DNA from: Eggerthellales bacterium | GTDB lineage: Bacteria > Actinomycetota > Coriobacteriia > Coriobacteriales > Eggerthellaceae | DNA: 64,000 bases | Reading direction: 5' to 3' | Assembly (NCBI GenBank): GCA_029006935.1 | Contig: JAQXGX010000111.1 | Coordinates: 6,178-70,177 of the forward strand | Translations under genes and position numbers: made by a program | Shown: piece after piece, positions 18,285-27,932 of the stretch | Numbering within the stretch: the stretch's first letter is position 1 | Layout: each line of letters starts with the position of its first letter | The notes under the pieces: model-generated | Databases searched by the model: none | Told to the model about the DNA's origin: nothing | The model's input: the letters and a program-made list of their open reading frames with translations, nothing else

Positions 18285-20042
18285 TTACTTCGACGCAATA
18301 CTGTAGCGGTCAATCGCCTCTTGCATTATATCCTTAAACATGGGGGACACATTGCCCTCCGCATCTAACTCATAAGCGCCCGTGTAGCACACCAGGTTGC
18401 TGGTGGACTGGGGTAGGAAGCCTATGAAGCTGATGTTGTAGATGCCCTTCTTGTATCCTCCCGTATCGGAGGCCACCTCAGCGGTGCCCGTCTTGCCGGC
18501 AACGCGGTAGCCGGAAATCTGAGCCGGGGTACCGGTACCTTTCTCCACCACGGATTCCAGCAGGCTGATCTGGTTCTTCAGGACCTTCTTGCCGCTCACC
18601 GCCTTCTTGGTGTCATATTCCAGGGTTTCGCCGCTTTGGGGCTTCGACACCAGGAAGTGAGGGGTGCACACCGACCCGTTGTTGGTGAAGGCGCTGTAGA
18701 AGCGCACCATCTGAAGCGGCGTCTGGGTGATGCCCTGTCCGAAGGAGATGTTGTATCCCTGGATACGGGACCATTGGTCGAAGTCCGGCACGATGGGATC
18801 GGGCTCTCCCGGGAAGTCAACTCCGGTAGATTCGGTGAGCCCGTACTGGGTGATGGCCTCGTTGAGGTTGCCAAATCCCATCTTCTTTTCCGTGGCCAGG
18901 GAAACACCGATGTTGGACGACTCCGCTATGATCTTGCGCAGGGTCATCTTCTGCGCCTTGCGCTCATGGGAGTCCGTTACCTTGTAGCCGTCAGCCTCGA
19001 TTTCCTCAGGGCAGTAGATCTTGTCGTCCACGTCCATGCTCTTGGTTTCCAGCAGGCGAAGGGAGGTGACCGCCTTGAACACCGAACCAGGCTCGAAGGA
19101 CTTGGTCAAGGGCTTCAGGACCGTTGACCCCTTCTTCACCACCGAGGTGTCCGCCGGATTGAACAGCGGCGTGGATGCAGCAGCGTAGATTTCGCCCGTC
19201 TTCCCGTCCATCAGAACGGCACCAGTGTCCACGCCCAGACGCTGGGTATAGTCCTCCAGGATGTTCTCCATGGCCTCCTGCATGACTACGTCAATGGATA
19301 CGACTATGTCCTGGCCGTCCACCAGGTCCTCTTCGTCGGCCACGGTTCCGGGAATGGGAACGCCGTACTTGTCGTACTCCTGCCTCACCTGACCGCTGTT
19401 GCCTGCCAGCAGGTCATCGTACTGCAGCTCAAGGCCGGCAACCCCCTTACCGTCCACGCTGCAGAAGCCCACCACCTGGCCGCCTACCTGCCCGCAGGGA
19501 TACTCGCGGCGGGTGTCGTCCTGGAAGTAGATGCCCTTCAGGGAAAGGGCCTTCAGGGCCTCGGCCTTGGCGGCATCGGCCTGGCGCTTCACGTACACGA
19601 AGGTGGTGTTCTGGGTCAGCTTCTCCTGGTAGTCCTCCGCCTTGCCTCCCAGGACCGATGCGATCTGGGTGGCCGCCTGGGCTGCGTCGGCGATCTCCGT
19701 GGGGTTGGCGTAGACGGTCACCGCGTCCACGCTGATGGCAAGGACCACGCCGTTTCGATCATAGATGGTTCCCCTTCGGGGGGTGACCTGAACCGTGCTG
19801 GAACGCGAGTTCAGGGCGTCTTGGGCAAGCAGGTCCGCCGCGATTACCTGGAGGTACACCAAACGACCGAGAAGGCACAGCGCTGCCAGCGCAAACAGCG
19901 CGAACAAGAACACATGGCGATTCGAGTCCGGGGAAAAAGAAGTAGCGCCCGCACGAGACGGACGCGTGGAGTTCCTGCTCTTGCCGCCAGATGCGGACGG
20001 CCCTGCTGCGCGGCGGGTTCGCCGCGATCCATCCCGCGCCAC
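18285..20042 (-). CDS. ftsI: class B penicillin-binding protein (FtsI-type transpeptidase)
   Basis: N-terminal TM segment, dimerisation domain and transpeptidase domain (SVFK, ...KTGTA). GTG start. Confidence 0.9.
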   Translation of the reverse strand: MARDGSRRTRRAAGPSASGGKSRNSTRPSRAGATSFSPDSNRHVFLFALFALAALCLLGRLVYLQVIAADLLAQDALNSRSSTVQVTPRRGTIYDRNGVVLAISVDAVTVYANPTEIADAAQAATQIASVLGGKAEDYQEKLTQNTTFVYVKRQADAAKAEALKALSLKGIYFQDDTRREYPCGQVGGQVVGFCSVDGKGVAGLELQYDDLLAGNSGQVRQEYDKYGVPIPGTVADEEDLVDGQDIVVSIDVVMQEAMENILEDYTQRLGVDTGAVLMDGKTGEIYAAASTPLFNPADTSVVKKGSTVLKPLTKSFEPGSVFKAVTSLRLLETKSMDVDDKIYCPEEIEADGYKVTDSHERKAQKMTLRKIIAESSNIGVSLATEKKMGFGNLNEAITQYGLTESTGVDFPGEPDPIVPDFDQWSRIQGYNISFGQGITQTPLQMVRFYSAFTNNGSVCTPHFLVSKPQSGETLEYDTKKAVSGKKVLKNQISLLESVVEKGTGTPAQISGYRVAGKTGTAEVASDTGGYKKGIYNISFIGFLPQSTSNLVCYTGAYELDAEGNVSPMFKDIMQEAIDRYSIASK

Positions 20043-20048
20043 CGCGTC

Positions 20049-20543
20049 CTACTTTCCCGTCGAGGAGCCGGTTGCACGGGCCAAGCTCTGCCCCAGGGAA
20101 AGGGCACCGTCCTGGCCAACCGCCACTACGTCTTCGCCAAGAATGAGGGTCTGGGTTTCGGCGGGAGCCATCATGCCCAACTTGGTTGCCTCCGCCTTCA
20201 CCCGCTCTGGATTGGAAAGCTGGGTGGACTGCACTTCCAGCACGCTGCTTGCAGAGCGTTCCTGGGAAAGCTGAGCGGAGGTGATCTGGGTGGAGACGAT
20301 GGTGGAGGCAGCCCCTGCCGCAAAGCCCACGCGCAGAATGCATGCCAAGGCCACGACCAGCATCGCAAATGCCACGGTGGCGAAGATCATCACCGTGTTC
20401 TGAGGCAGAGTCTGCTGAGCGGCACCACGACGCTGACCCGGCACCACGGAAATATCAGGACGGCGCGGCGGCCTCACGGCGCGATTGCGCTGCGGCACTG
20501 CGGCACGGGCGGTGCGCCCGTAGTCGTATGCAGGTGCTGCCAT
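20049..20543 (-). CDS. ftsL: FtsL-like single-pass septation protein
   Basis: Call based on position (rsmH-X-ftsI), a single TM segment and a GGAAGGAGG RBS. The sequence itself is not diagnostic. Confidence 0.55.
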   Translation of the reverse strand: MAAPAYDYGRTARAAVPQRNRAVRPPRRPDISVVPGQRRGAAQQTLPQNTVMIFATVAFAMLVVALACILRVGFAAGAASTIVSTQITSAQLSQERSASSVLEVQSTQLSNPERVKAEATKLGMMAPAETQTLILGEDVVAVGQDGALSLGQSLARATGSSTGK

Positions 20544-20609
20544 GGCCTGCCTCCTTCCTGGTGCGATTCGAGTGTGTTTGAGCGGTCGTGGTATGAGGTT
20601 GTAAAACGG

Positions 20610-21566
20610 TTACGCCAGCTTTTCGCACACCCGCAGCTTCGCGCTTCGGGCTCGCGGATTTCGCTGAACTTCTTCCGCCGTGGGGACAATGGGCTTTCGG
20701 TTGACCACCTTCACCACGGGCTTCTTTCCGCACATGCACACGGGAAGATCTGGCGGGCAGGTGCAGCGGTTCGCATAGGCGTTGAACACGTCCTTGACGA
20801 TTCGGTCTTCCAGGGAATGGTAGCTGATCACCGCAATACGTCCGCCCGGGTTCAGCCAGCGAATAGCCGACTCCAACCCGCGCTTGAGCACGTCCAATTC
20901 TCCGTTGACCTCGATACGCAACGCCTGGAAGGTGCGCTTTGCAGGGTGGCCCCCAGCACGGCGCGCCGAAGCGGGAATGGCAGCCTTGATGATCTCCACC
21001 AACTGGGCACTGGTTGTAATAGGCTCCTTTTCCCTGGCCTTCACCACGAACTGCGCAATGCGGCTGGCCCACTTCTCGTCAGAGTAGGTACGGATGATCC
21101 GAGTGATGTCTGCTTCGGTATAGTAGTTCAGGACATCTGCTGCGGTTAAGGTTTGAGTCCCCGGATCCATCCGCATATCGAGTGGGCCGTCGGCCTTGAA
21201 GCCGAAGCCGCGAGAAGGTTCGTCTATCTGCACCGAGGAAACTCCGATATCGAACAGGAAACCGTCCACGCCGGGCACCTCGGCGGAAAGCAGCAGCTTG
21301 TCCATGTTGCCGAAGTTGCCACGCAGCAGCTCCAGATGGGGCCGCTGCTCGGCGGGCAACGCTTCCAGCCGCTCCCGAGCGGCGGTCAGCGCATACTCAT
21401 CCTGGTCGATGCCAATGAGCGTGCCCGATGCCCCCAGAAGCCTTGCAGCTTCGAGGGAATGCCCTGCTCCACCGAGCGTTGCGTCCACGAACGTGTGGTG
21501 TGATTGGAGTGCTAGTTGTTCGAAGCACTCGGGGAGCAGGACCGGAATATGCCAAAAATCAGTCAA
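20610..21566 (-). CDS. rsmH: 16S rRNA m4C1402 methyltransferase
   Basis: HIPVLLPE...DATLGGAGHS...FDIGVSS.Q.D...SYHSLEDR motifs. TTG start 21566 with AAGGA RBS chosen, because the longer track start overlaps mraZ. Confidence 0.9.
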   Translation of the reverse strand: MTDFWHIPVLLPECFEQLALQSHHTFVDATLGGAGHSLEAARLLGASGTLIGIDQDEYALTAARERLEALPAEQRPHLELLRGNFGNMDKLLLSAEVPGVDGFLFDIGVSSVQIDEPSRGFGFKADGPLDMRMDPGTQTLTAADVLNYYTEADITRIIRTYSDEKWASRIAQFVVKAREKEPITTSAQLVEIIKAAIPASARRAGGHPAKRTFQALRIEVNGELDVLKRGLESAIRWLNPGGRIAVISYHSLEDRIVKDVFNAYANRCTCPPDLPVCMCGKKPVVKVVNRKPIVPTAEEVQRNPRARSAKLRVCEKLA

Positions 21567-21583
21567 TGTGCATCCTTTGGGAT

Positions 21584-22042
21584 CTAGTCGAACAGCATGG
21601 ACGAAAGGTCCACTTCCTGAGCGCTTGCATCCCAACGTTCGGGATTCCAAATCTCCACGTACCCGGTGTTGCCCAGGATCACCGCTTCCTTTGCAATCCC
21701 CACGGCTTCGCGCTGGGCGGCCGAGATGTTGATGCGACCAGCACTGTCGATCTCGACTTCCCTTGCCCGGGACTTCAGCAAGCGCCGTGCCGCCGTATGG
21801 TCCCTGTTGCGCGAGTTGAAGCTCCCGTCCTTTTCAAAGAACGAGGCCACCCACGCATTGAAGCCCTCCGGCGTGAACACGTACAAGCACTGTTCCAGTG
21901 GATCGATGGAAACCACCAGCTCCACCGGCTCATCAGCCCCGCAACGCGACTCCTCAGAAAAAGCCCGGCGAAACTTGGCGGGAAGGGAAACGCGACCCTT
22001 GACATCGACCTTGTGGCGGTATTCGCCCATCAGGTCAATCAT
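21584..22042 (-). CDS. mraZ: transcriptional regulator MraZ
   Basis: GEYRHKVDVKGRVSLPAKFR plus a second SpoVT/AbrB-like repeat (...EIDSAGRINISAAQRE...). Confidence 0.9.
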   Translation of the reverse strand: MIDLMGEYRHKVDVKGRVSLPAKFRRAFSEESRCGADEPVELVVSIDPLEQCLYVFTPEGFNAWVASFFEKDGSFNSRNRDHTAARRLLKSRAREVEIDSAGRINISAAQREAVGIAKEAVILGNTGYVEIWNPERWDASAQEVDLSSMLFD

Positions 22043-22092
22043 GGATGCCTTCCTTTCCAGGTGCTTCTACAGGTGCTCTTTCTGTACTGGCA

Positions 22093-22121
22093 ATTCTATC
22101 CCACAATATGGGCTTTCGCAA
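22093..22121 (-). promoter_or_regulatory. dcw (Pmra) promoter: TTGCGA-N17-TAGAAT
   Basis: Minus strand reads GTGTTGCGAAAGCCCATATTGTGGGATAGAAT, about 44 nt upstream of the mraZ ATG. Confidence 0.6.
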
Positions 22122-22345
22122 CACCACTAAACACCAAAGTGCACTCGTATTTTAGCGACCCACACCGCAATTTTACATTGTTTTCCCAGTTCAAAGGTCA
22201 TATAGGCAAGGAATCGAGCTCTTCTGGGATACCTTCCGACCCACCTTCTGCCCAAAGCACCCCAAAACACACCTGATGCCACGTTTTCCACAATTTGTGG
22301 GTTGGATGTTGAAAAGGCACAACATCTTGGGTAAGGAAATCCCCA

Positions 22346-22368
22346 CCGCCTTTCGGGCGGCTTTTTTT
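22346..22368 (+). terminator. plus-strand intrinsic terminator with no annotated upstream gene
   Basis: CCGCC-TTTCG-GGCGG stem followed by C plus T7 on the plus strand. On the minus strand the U-tract is missing. Confidence 0.45.
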
Positions 22369-22435
22369 GGCAATTTGTAAATTATTGATGAAGGGAGCCC
22401 TTGCCCGCAGGAACGCCCCTGAAATACCGGGCGGC

Positions 22436-23347
22436 TTACGCGCGGGGATGGGCGGAAAGGTATTCTTCGCGAATATGGGATTGGTCTACATGGGTGTAGA
22501 TCTGGGTGGTGGAAAGATCGGCATGCCCCAGCACTTCCTGGATAACGCGCAGGTCCGCTCCGCCGGCAAGCATATGGGTCGCATAGGAATGACGTAAGGT
22601 GTGGGGGTGAAGGCTGGAAAAGCCCGCATCGGCCCCTGCTTTGGCCACCATCTTATGGACGCTTTGGCGACTCAGGCGCCCACCCCGGGAGTTCAGGAAC
22701 ACGGCGCTGGGAGTCAGGGCCGCCTTCCGCGCGAACAGCGGACGGGAATCGACCGCGTAGGACCGAATCCATGAAAGAGCCTGGCCAGAAATAGGAGAGA
22801 TGCGGCTCTTGCCGCCCTTGCCGCGAATGCGCAGATATCCCTGGTCAAGGAACAGATCCCCCAGATCCAGGGAGCACAGCTCCCCCACTCGCAGGCCGCA
22901 GCCATAGAGCACCTCCAGGATGGCGCGATCCCTCATACCCAAGGGAGAGGAGGTGTTGGGGACCTCCATGATCCTTCCCACCGCCTCGACCGAAAGCACG
23001 TCGGGAAGATGCTGAGGCAGCTTCGGCAGGGGAACCGCGTCGGCCGGATTCGCCTCCAGCTCCCCTTCGCTCACCAAGAACCGATGCAGCCCGCGCACGG
23101 CGGAAAGGATCCTCTTCGTGCTGGAGGGGGCATATCGCTTCTCCTGGCGCAGATACCCTTCGAACACCGAAACGTCCTGCATGGAAACCTGGTCGAAGGA
23201 GGTCACCCCCGCCTGATCCAGATACTCCACGTACAAGCGCAGATCATGCTCGTAGGCATCAAGGGTCTTGGGGGACGCGCCCCGCTCAATGCTCAGGTGG
23301 TCAAGGTATCCCCTTACCAGAGTCGGAATATCTTGCTCTTGATGCAC
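22436..23347 (-). CDS. tyrosine recombinase, XerC/XerD family
   Basis: N-terminal SAM-like domain, then the catalytic ...GLRVGEL...HTLRHSYATHML..GADLRVIQEVLGHADLSTTQIYTHV pattern (R..HxxR..Y). GTG start. Confidence 0.85.
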   Translation of the reverse strand: MHQEQDIPTLVRGYLDHLSIERGASPKTLDAYEHDLRLYVEYLDQAGVTSFDQVSMQDVSVFEGYLRQEKRYAPSSTKRILSAVRGLHRFLVSEGELEANPADAVPLPKLPQHLPDVLSVEAVGRIMEVPNTSSPLGMRDRAILEVLYGCGLRVGELCSLDLGDLFLDQGYLRIRGKGGKSRISPISGQALSWIRSYAVDSRPLFARKAALTPSAVFLNSRGGRLSRQSVHKMVAKAGADAGFSSLHPHTLRHSYATHMLAGGADLRVIQEVLGHADLSTTQIYTHVDQSHIREEYLSAHPRA

Positions 23348-23581
23348 CGTACCGCCGTCCTTTTTCCCGCCAGGGCAAACGCAAGGGTCAGGGGAAGACG
23401 CGCTGCCTTCGCTGCCCCCTTCCCCCTATGCCTACTGATTGTACGAAACTAGGTTAGAAATGGGTTTCGTCACGGTGTTTTTACCAATCTGAAACACGAC
23501 TGAGCTCCTCCTCGGGCAACGTGTTCGAAAGGGGATTTTTCCGCTGCCCTGCTCTGTGCTTTCCAGGGCGAAAAATACCCC

Positions 23582-23587
23582 TATAAT
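23582..23587 (+). promoter_or_regulatory. candidate -10 (TATAAT) for the DUF1846 gene
   Basis: CCCCTATAATCG about 60 nt before ATG 23648. The -35 is weak. Confidence 0.4.
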
Positions 23588-23647
23588 CGTGTTTGGTTTG
23601 CATGCACGGGGCCACACAGGACCAAGGGCCCCCGGGAAGGGGAGGCA

Positions 23648-25129
23648 ATGCGCACTGGATTCAACAACGATCGCTATATCTCGATGCAGGCGGAAAACAT
23701 CCGTAAACGCATAGACCTGTTCGGAGGAAAGCTCTATCTGGAGTTCGGCGGCAAGCTGTTCGACGACTACCATGCATCCCGCGTGCTGCCCGGCTTCAAG
23801 CCCGACGCCAAGATCAGCATGCTCAAGAGCCTGGTGGACGATGTGGAGATCATCATCTCCATCAACGCCAACCACATCGAAAAGAGCAAGGTCCGCGGCG
23901 ACCTGGGCATTACCTATGATGAGGACGTGCTGCGCCTGATGGACATCTTCCGGGGCATGGGCTTTCTGGTCAGCGGCGTGGTGATCACCCAGTATGCGGG
24001 CCAGTCCAACGCCGATGCGTTCCGCAAGCGCCTGAACTCCCTGGGGATCAAGAGCTACCTGCACTTCCCCATCGAAGGCTACCCTTACGCCATCGACCAC
24101 ATCGTCAGCGATGAGGGCATGGGCCGCAACGAGTTCGTGGAAACCGAGCGACCCCTGGTAGTGGTCACTGCTCCCGGCCCTGGATCCGGAAAGATGGCGA
24201 CCTGTCTTTCCCAGCTCTACCACGAAAACAAGCGGGGCGTGAAGGCGGGCTATGCCAAGTACGAGACTTTCCCCATCTGGAACCTTCCCCTGAAGCACCC
24301 GGTGAACCTTGCCTACGAGGCCGCTACCGCAGACCTGAACGACGCCAACATCATCGACCCCTTCCATCTGGAGGCGTACGGCGAAACCACCGTTAACTAC
24401 AACCGCGATGTTGAGATCTACCCTGTCCTCCGCGCCATGATGGAGAAGATCGACGGGGAATGCCCCTACCAGTCCCCCACCGACATGGGCGTGAACATGG
24501 CCGGCTTCGGCATCGACGACGATGACGCCTGCCGTCAGGCCTCCTGTACCGAGATCATTCGCCGCTACTACCAGGCAGCGGTCAAGGTCAAGAAGACCGG
24601 CACCGGAGAGGACGAGGTGAAGAAGCTGGAGCTGCTGATGAACCAGGCGGGAATCAGCCCCAGTGACTCCCCCGCCCGCAGCGCCGCCTTGCTGAAGGAG
24701 GAAACCACCGGCCTTCCCGCAGCAGCCATGGAGCTTCCCGACGGCTCGGTGGTGGTCGGCAAGACCTCCACGCTCCTTGGCGCCGCATCCTCGCTGCTGA
24801 TCAACGCCTTGAAGAAGGTTGCCGGCATCGAGAAGAAGACCTACATCATCAGCGATGACGCCCTGGAGCCCATCACCCGCCTGAAGACCGAGATGCTTGC
24901 CAGCCGCAATCCCCGCCTTCATTCGGACGAGATGCTCATCGCTCTCTCCATCAGCTCCGCATCTGACCCCCTGGCCGCCAAGGCCATGGAATGCTGCAAG
25001 CTGCTACGCGGATGTGACGCCTATTTCTCCGTCATTCTTTCCGCGGCAGATGAGAAGCTGTACAAGAAGCTGGGAATCAACGTGCTCTGCGAGCCCAAGT
25101 ACGAACAGCACCGTTTCTACCATCAGTAA
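23648..25129 (+). CDS. DUF1846 / UPF0371 family protein
   Basis: 493 aa. MRTGFNNDRYISMQAENIRKRI...KLYLEFGGKLFDDYHASRVLPGF matches my memory of the UPF0371 family. GGGGAGG RBS. Confidence 0.75.
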   Translation: MRTGFNNDRYISMQAENIRKRIDLFGGKLYLEFGGKLFDDYHASRVLPGFKPDAKISMLKSLVDDVEIIISINANHIEKSKVRGDLGITYDEDVLRLMDIFRGMGFLVSGVVITQYAGQSNADAFRKRLNSLGIKSYLHFPIEGYPYAIDHIVSDEGMGRNEFVETERPLVVVTAPGPGSGKMATCLSQLYHENKRGVKAGYAKYETFPIWNLPLKHPVNLAYEAATADLNDANIIDPFHLEAYGETTVNYNRDVEIYPVLRAMMEKIDGECPYQSPTDMGVNMAGFGIDDDDACRQASCTEIIRRYYQAAVKVKKTGTGEDEVKKLELLMNQAGISPSDSPARSAALLKEETTGLPAAAMELPDGSVVVGKTSTLLGAASSLLINALKKVAGIEKKTYIISDDALEPITRLKTEMLASRNPRLHSDEMLIALSISSASDPLAAKAMECCKLLRGCDAYFSVILSAADEKLYKKLGINVLCEPKYEQHRFYHQ

Positions 25130-25159
25130 GACGCCTTCGCTTGAAAGACGAAGAAATAA

Positions 25160-25187
25160 GGGGGAGGTACTGCCTCCCCCCTTTTTC
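25160..25187. terminator. bidirectional intrinsic terminator (DUF1846 gene / nadK)
   Basis: GGGGGAGG-TACTG-CCTCCCCC followed by CTTTTT, between convergent genes. Confidence 0.75.
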
Positions 25188-25207
25188 GTTCTCTCGAAAA
25201 GCCGCCC

Positions 25208-26194
25208 CTAGTTGCAGCGAGCATCCCTGAAGAACACGTCCGAGGTCTTCCGGTAGAAGCTCCCCTTCTTGGAGCGCAGCAGCACCGTGGGGAACATGCC
25301 CCGGCGCACGATCACCCGGCGCACCGCGGAGCCCAGATCCAGCAGGTTCCCGTCAGTGAACAGGGCTATTTCGTGCCTATGGGAATCCTGGGCCAGGTTG
25401 ATCTCCACCACATCGCTCTTCGCCGTGACGATAGCACGGGAAACCAGCGTGTGGGGCGCCAAGGGTACCACCACCAGTCCCTCGAACCCGGGAGCGACCA
25501 GGGGACCTCCAGCGGAAAGAGCGTACGCCGTAGACCCCGTGGCAGAAGACACCACCACACCATCCCCCCGCATGCGGGCAACGCTTTCGCCCGCAATGTT
25601 CATCTCAAAGTCCACGATATGCCCCGAGGAGCCGCGGGCAATGGAAACCTCGTTCAAGGCGAAGAAGGAGCGATGGGAGGGCCTTTGGCCTGCCTCCGCC
25701 TCTTCGGGGGAAACAGGGTGATAGCATCCTTCGTTCATGCAGACCACGCAACGGGCATCGTCTTCGGAAAGGACGCAGTCATCGTCGCAGATCACATCCA
25801 CCTGCAGATTGGTACGCCGCTCCTCGATCACTTCACCGGCCAGAGCAGCCGCCACCGGCTCGATCACGCCCTCTTCGCTGGTATCAGCCAAGAAGCCCAG
25901 ATGACCGAAGTTAAGCCCGATAATCGGCGTCTGATACGATGCCACCATGCGCGCCGTACGCAGAATGGTGCCATCGCCCCCCAACACCACCGCTAAATCG
26001 AATCGCTCCTGGAATCGAGGGTCGTTTCGCACTTCCGCAGGAAGGCCATAGCCTGCTGCAGGGCCCCAAGGAGGAAGATCGTCAGAGGCGAAGATGACGC
26101 AATCGATAAGCTGTGACGAAAAGTACGCAGAAAGCAGCACCGCAGCGTCACGGGCCTGTCCGTTATCGGTGTTCACCACCACCAGCACACGCAT
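25208..26194 (-). CDS. nadK: NAD+ kinase
   Basis: GGDGT, NFGHLGFL and ...TGSTAYALSAGGP motifs. ATG 26194 (GGGGAG RBS) preferred over the track's GTG 26212. Confidence 0.85.
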   Translation of the reverse strand: MRVLVVVNTDNGQARDAAVLLSAYFSSQLIDCVIFASDDLPPWGPAAGYGLPAEVRNDPRFQERFDLAVVLGGDGTILRTARMVASYQTPIIGLNFGHLGFLADTSEEGVIEPVAAALAGEVIEERRTNLQVDVICDDDCVLSEDDARCVVCMNEGCYHPVSPEEAEAGQRPSHRSFFALNEVSIARGSSGHIVDFEMNIAGESVARMRGDGVVVSSATGSTAYALSAGGPLVAPGFEGLVVVPLAPHTLVSRAIVTAKSDVVEINLAQDSHRHEIALFTDGNLLDLGSAVRRVIVRRGMFPTVLLRSKKGSFYRKTSDVFFRDARCN

Positions 26195-26260
26195 ATGCTC
26201 CCCTATCCTCACGCTACCTGCCCACGCCCATAAGGGACAAGCAATCCACGGAACCCACGG

Positions 26261-27040
26261 TTACACCGGACGACGATGGTCCGGCTCGGTGGTAAGGATC
26301 AGCGGGCCGTCTTCGGTGATGGCCACGGTCTTTTCGAAATGCGCCGAAGGCAGTCCATCCTGAGTGCAGACCAGCCAACCGTCAGACATCTGCTTAGTGC
26401 GGAAGGTTCCCATGTTGATCATGGGCTCGATGGCCAAGACCATGCCCACCTCCAGCTTCAGGCCGGTATGGCGGCGTCCGTAGTTGGGAACATTGGGCTC
26501 TTCGTGCATGTCCCGACCGATACCATGACCAACATAGTCGCGAACCACGCCGTAGCCCGCCGCCTCAGCGATCTCCTGAACCGCGGAACCGATGTCTCCC
26601 ATGCGGTTGCCAGGACGAGCGGCGTCAAGACCGGCCCACATGCACTTTTCAGTAATGTCCAGCAAACGCTGCTTTTCGGCACTGATCTTGCCCACGGCAA
26701 AGGTCCAGGCGTTATCTCCCACCCAGCCGTCAACGATGGCACCGGTGTCGATGGAGATGATGTCTCCTTCCTTCAAGATCACGTCAGCAGAGGGAATGCC
26801 ATGAACGATCTGCTCGTTCAGGGAAGCGCAGATTGAGCCCGGAAAACCGCCGTAACCCTTGAATGCGGGAATGCCGCCTTCAAGACGGATCATGGTCTCC
26901 ACGAAGCGATCAAGCTCCAAGGTGGAAACCCCCGGCTTGACCAAAGCTCCGACCTCACGGAGCACCTTCGCGGAAATGCGTCCGGCCTCCTTCATTGCCT
27001 CGATCTGGGCGGGGGACTTCTTGATGATGTTACGTGCCAT
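26261..27040 (-). CDS. map: type I methionine aminopeptidase
   Basis: 259 aa; ...VHGIP...GDIISIDTG...GHGIG...EPNVPNY...LAIEPM... metal-ligand pattern. Confidence 0.95.
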   Translation of the reverse strand: MARNIIKKSPAQIEAMKEAGRISAKVLREVGALVKPGVSTLELDRFVETMIRLEGGIPAFKGYGGFPGSICASLNEQIVHGIPSADVILKEGDIISIDTGAIVDGWVGDNAWTFAVGKISAEKQRLLDITEKCMWAGLDAARPGNRMGDIGSAVQEIAEAAGYGVVRDYVGHGIGRDMHEEPNVPNYGRRHTGLKLEVGMVLAIEPMINMGTFRTKQMSDGWLVCTQDGLPSAHFEKTVAITEDGPLILTTEPDHRRPV

Positions 27041-27094
27041 CTGACTTGCCTTTCATGTGCTGTGAAACAGGTGGAATCTTATTTGCCGTGGGAA

Positions 27095-27103
27095 AGTATA
27101 GCA
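27095..27103 (-). promoter_or_regulatory. extended -10 promoter (TGC-TATACT) for map
   Basis: Minus strand reads TTAGTGCTATACT, immediately downstream of the rplA terminator and about 55 nt before the map ATG. Confidence 0.5.
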
Positions 27104-27105
27104 CT

Positions 27106-27133
27106 AATAAAAAGGGCACCCCGAAGGGTGCCC
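27106..27133 (-). terminator. intrinsic terminator after rplA
   Basis: Minus strand GGGCACCC-TTCG-GGGTGCCC followed by TTTTTATT. Confidence 0.8.
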
Positions 27134-27159
27134 AGATGTTGATAGATAAGAGCTAGCGA

Positions 27160-27864
27160 TTACTCGGCAGTGTAGGAACGAGTAACGGAAGAATCAACGG
27201 GAACGCCCGGTGCCATGGTGGACGACACGGTAACGGACTTGACGTAACGGCCCTTGGCTGCTGCCGGCTTCATGCGGATGATCTCGTCATACACAGCGCC
27301 GTAGTTCTGCGCGAGCTGCTCAGCGGTGAAGCTGCACTTGCCCAGAACAACGTGGCAGATGCCATAGCGGTCAGCGCGATACTCAACGCGGCCGCCCTTG
27401 AGCTCCTTGATGGCCTTGGCAACGTCGTTGGTAACGGTGCCCAGCTTGGGGTTGGGCATGAGGCCACGGGGGCCCAGGATCTTACCCAGGCGACCGACCT
27501 TGGCCATCTGGTCAGGAGTTGCCACGGCGGCGTCGAACTCGATCTTGCCAGCCATGATGTCCTCAACCAGCTCGTTCACGCCGACGATGTCAGCGCCAGC
27601 CTCTTCGGCGATGCGAGCGTTTTCGCCCTCAGCGAAGACGGCAACGCGAACGGTCTTGCCAGAGCCGTTGGGCAGGCTCACGGTACCGCGCAGCTGCTGA
27701 TCAGCCTGACGGGTGTCGATGCCCAGACGGAAGTGGCCTTCCACGGTCTCGTCGAACTTGGCGAAGGAGATCTCCTTCACGAGCTTCATTGCCTCAAGGG
27801 GGGTTACGGGGGACTCGGGCAGCTTTTCGAGGGCTGCACGATAGTTCTTGGACTTCTTAGCCAT
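27160..27864 (-). CDS. rplA: 50S ribosomal protein L1
   Basis: 234-aa ORF; [14 protein letters not shown]...[21 protein letters not shown]... Confidence 0.95.
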   Translation of the reverse strand: MAKKSKNYRAALEKLPESPVTPLEAMKLVKEISFAKFDETVEGHFRLGIDTRQADQQLRGTVSLPNGSGKTVRVAVFAEGENARIAEEAGADIVGVNELVEDIMAGKIEFDAAVATPDQMAKVGRLGKILGPRGLMPNPKLGTVTNDVAKAIKELKGGRVEYRADRYGICHVVLGKCSFTAEQLAQNYGAVYDEIIRMKPAAAKGRYVKSVTVSSTMAPGVPVDSSVTRSYTAE

Positions 27865-27932
27865 TCTTGGTTTCCTTTCGTGGTTAGGCGGACAATTCCT
27901 TGTCCTCCCACTTTACAAACACAGGAGCGATA

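Noticed and set aside
22100-22254. Three GTGGG pentamers upstream of mraZ as possible MraZ boxes
   Set aside because: Known MraZ operators are closely spaced direct repeats with about 10-bp periodicity. Here the pentamers start at 22100, 22159 and 22250, that is 59 and 91 nt apart. One merely lies in the promoter spacer. This is not convincing.
22436-23347. Tyrosine recombinase as the integrase of a mobile element
   Set aside because: The full XerC/D-type architecture sits in a housekeeping context. There are no flanking direct repeats, no tRNA-adjacent att-like sites and no cargo genes. It is most likely the chromosomal dimer-resolution recombinase.
23432-24922. 496-aa minus-strand ORF
   Set aside because: It is antisense to the well-supported DUF1846 gene (RBS, promoter, terminator all on the plus strand). 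The low-complexity Gly/Ala/Val/Leu/His composition marks it as a shadow ORF.
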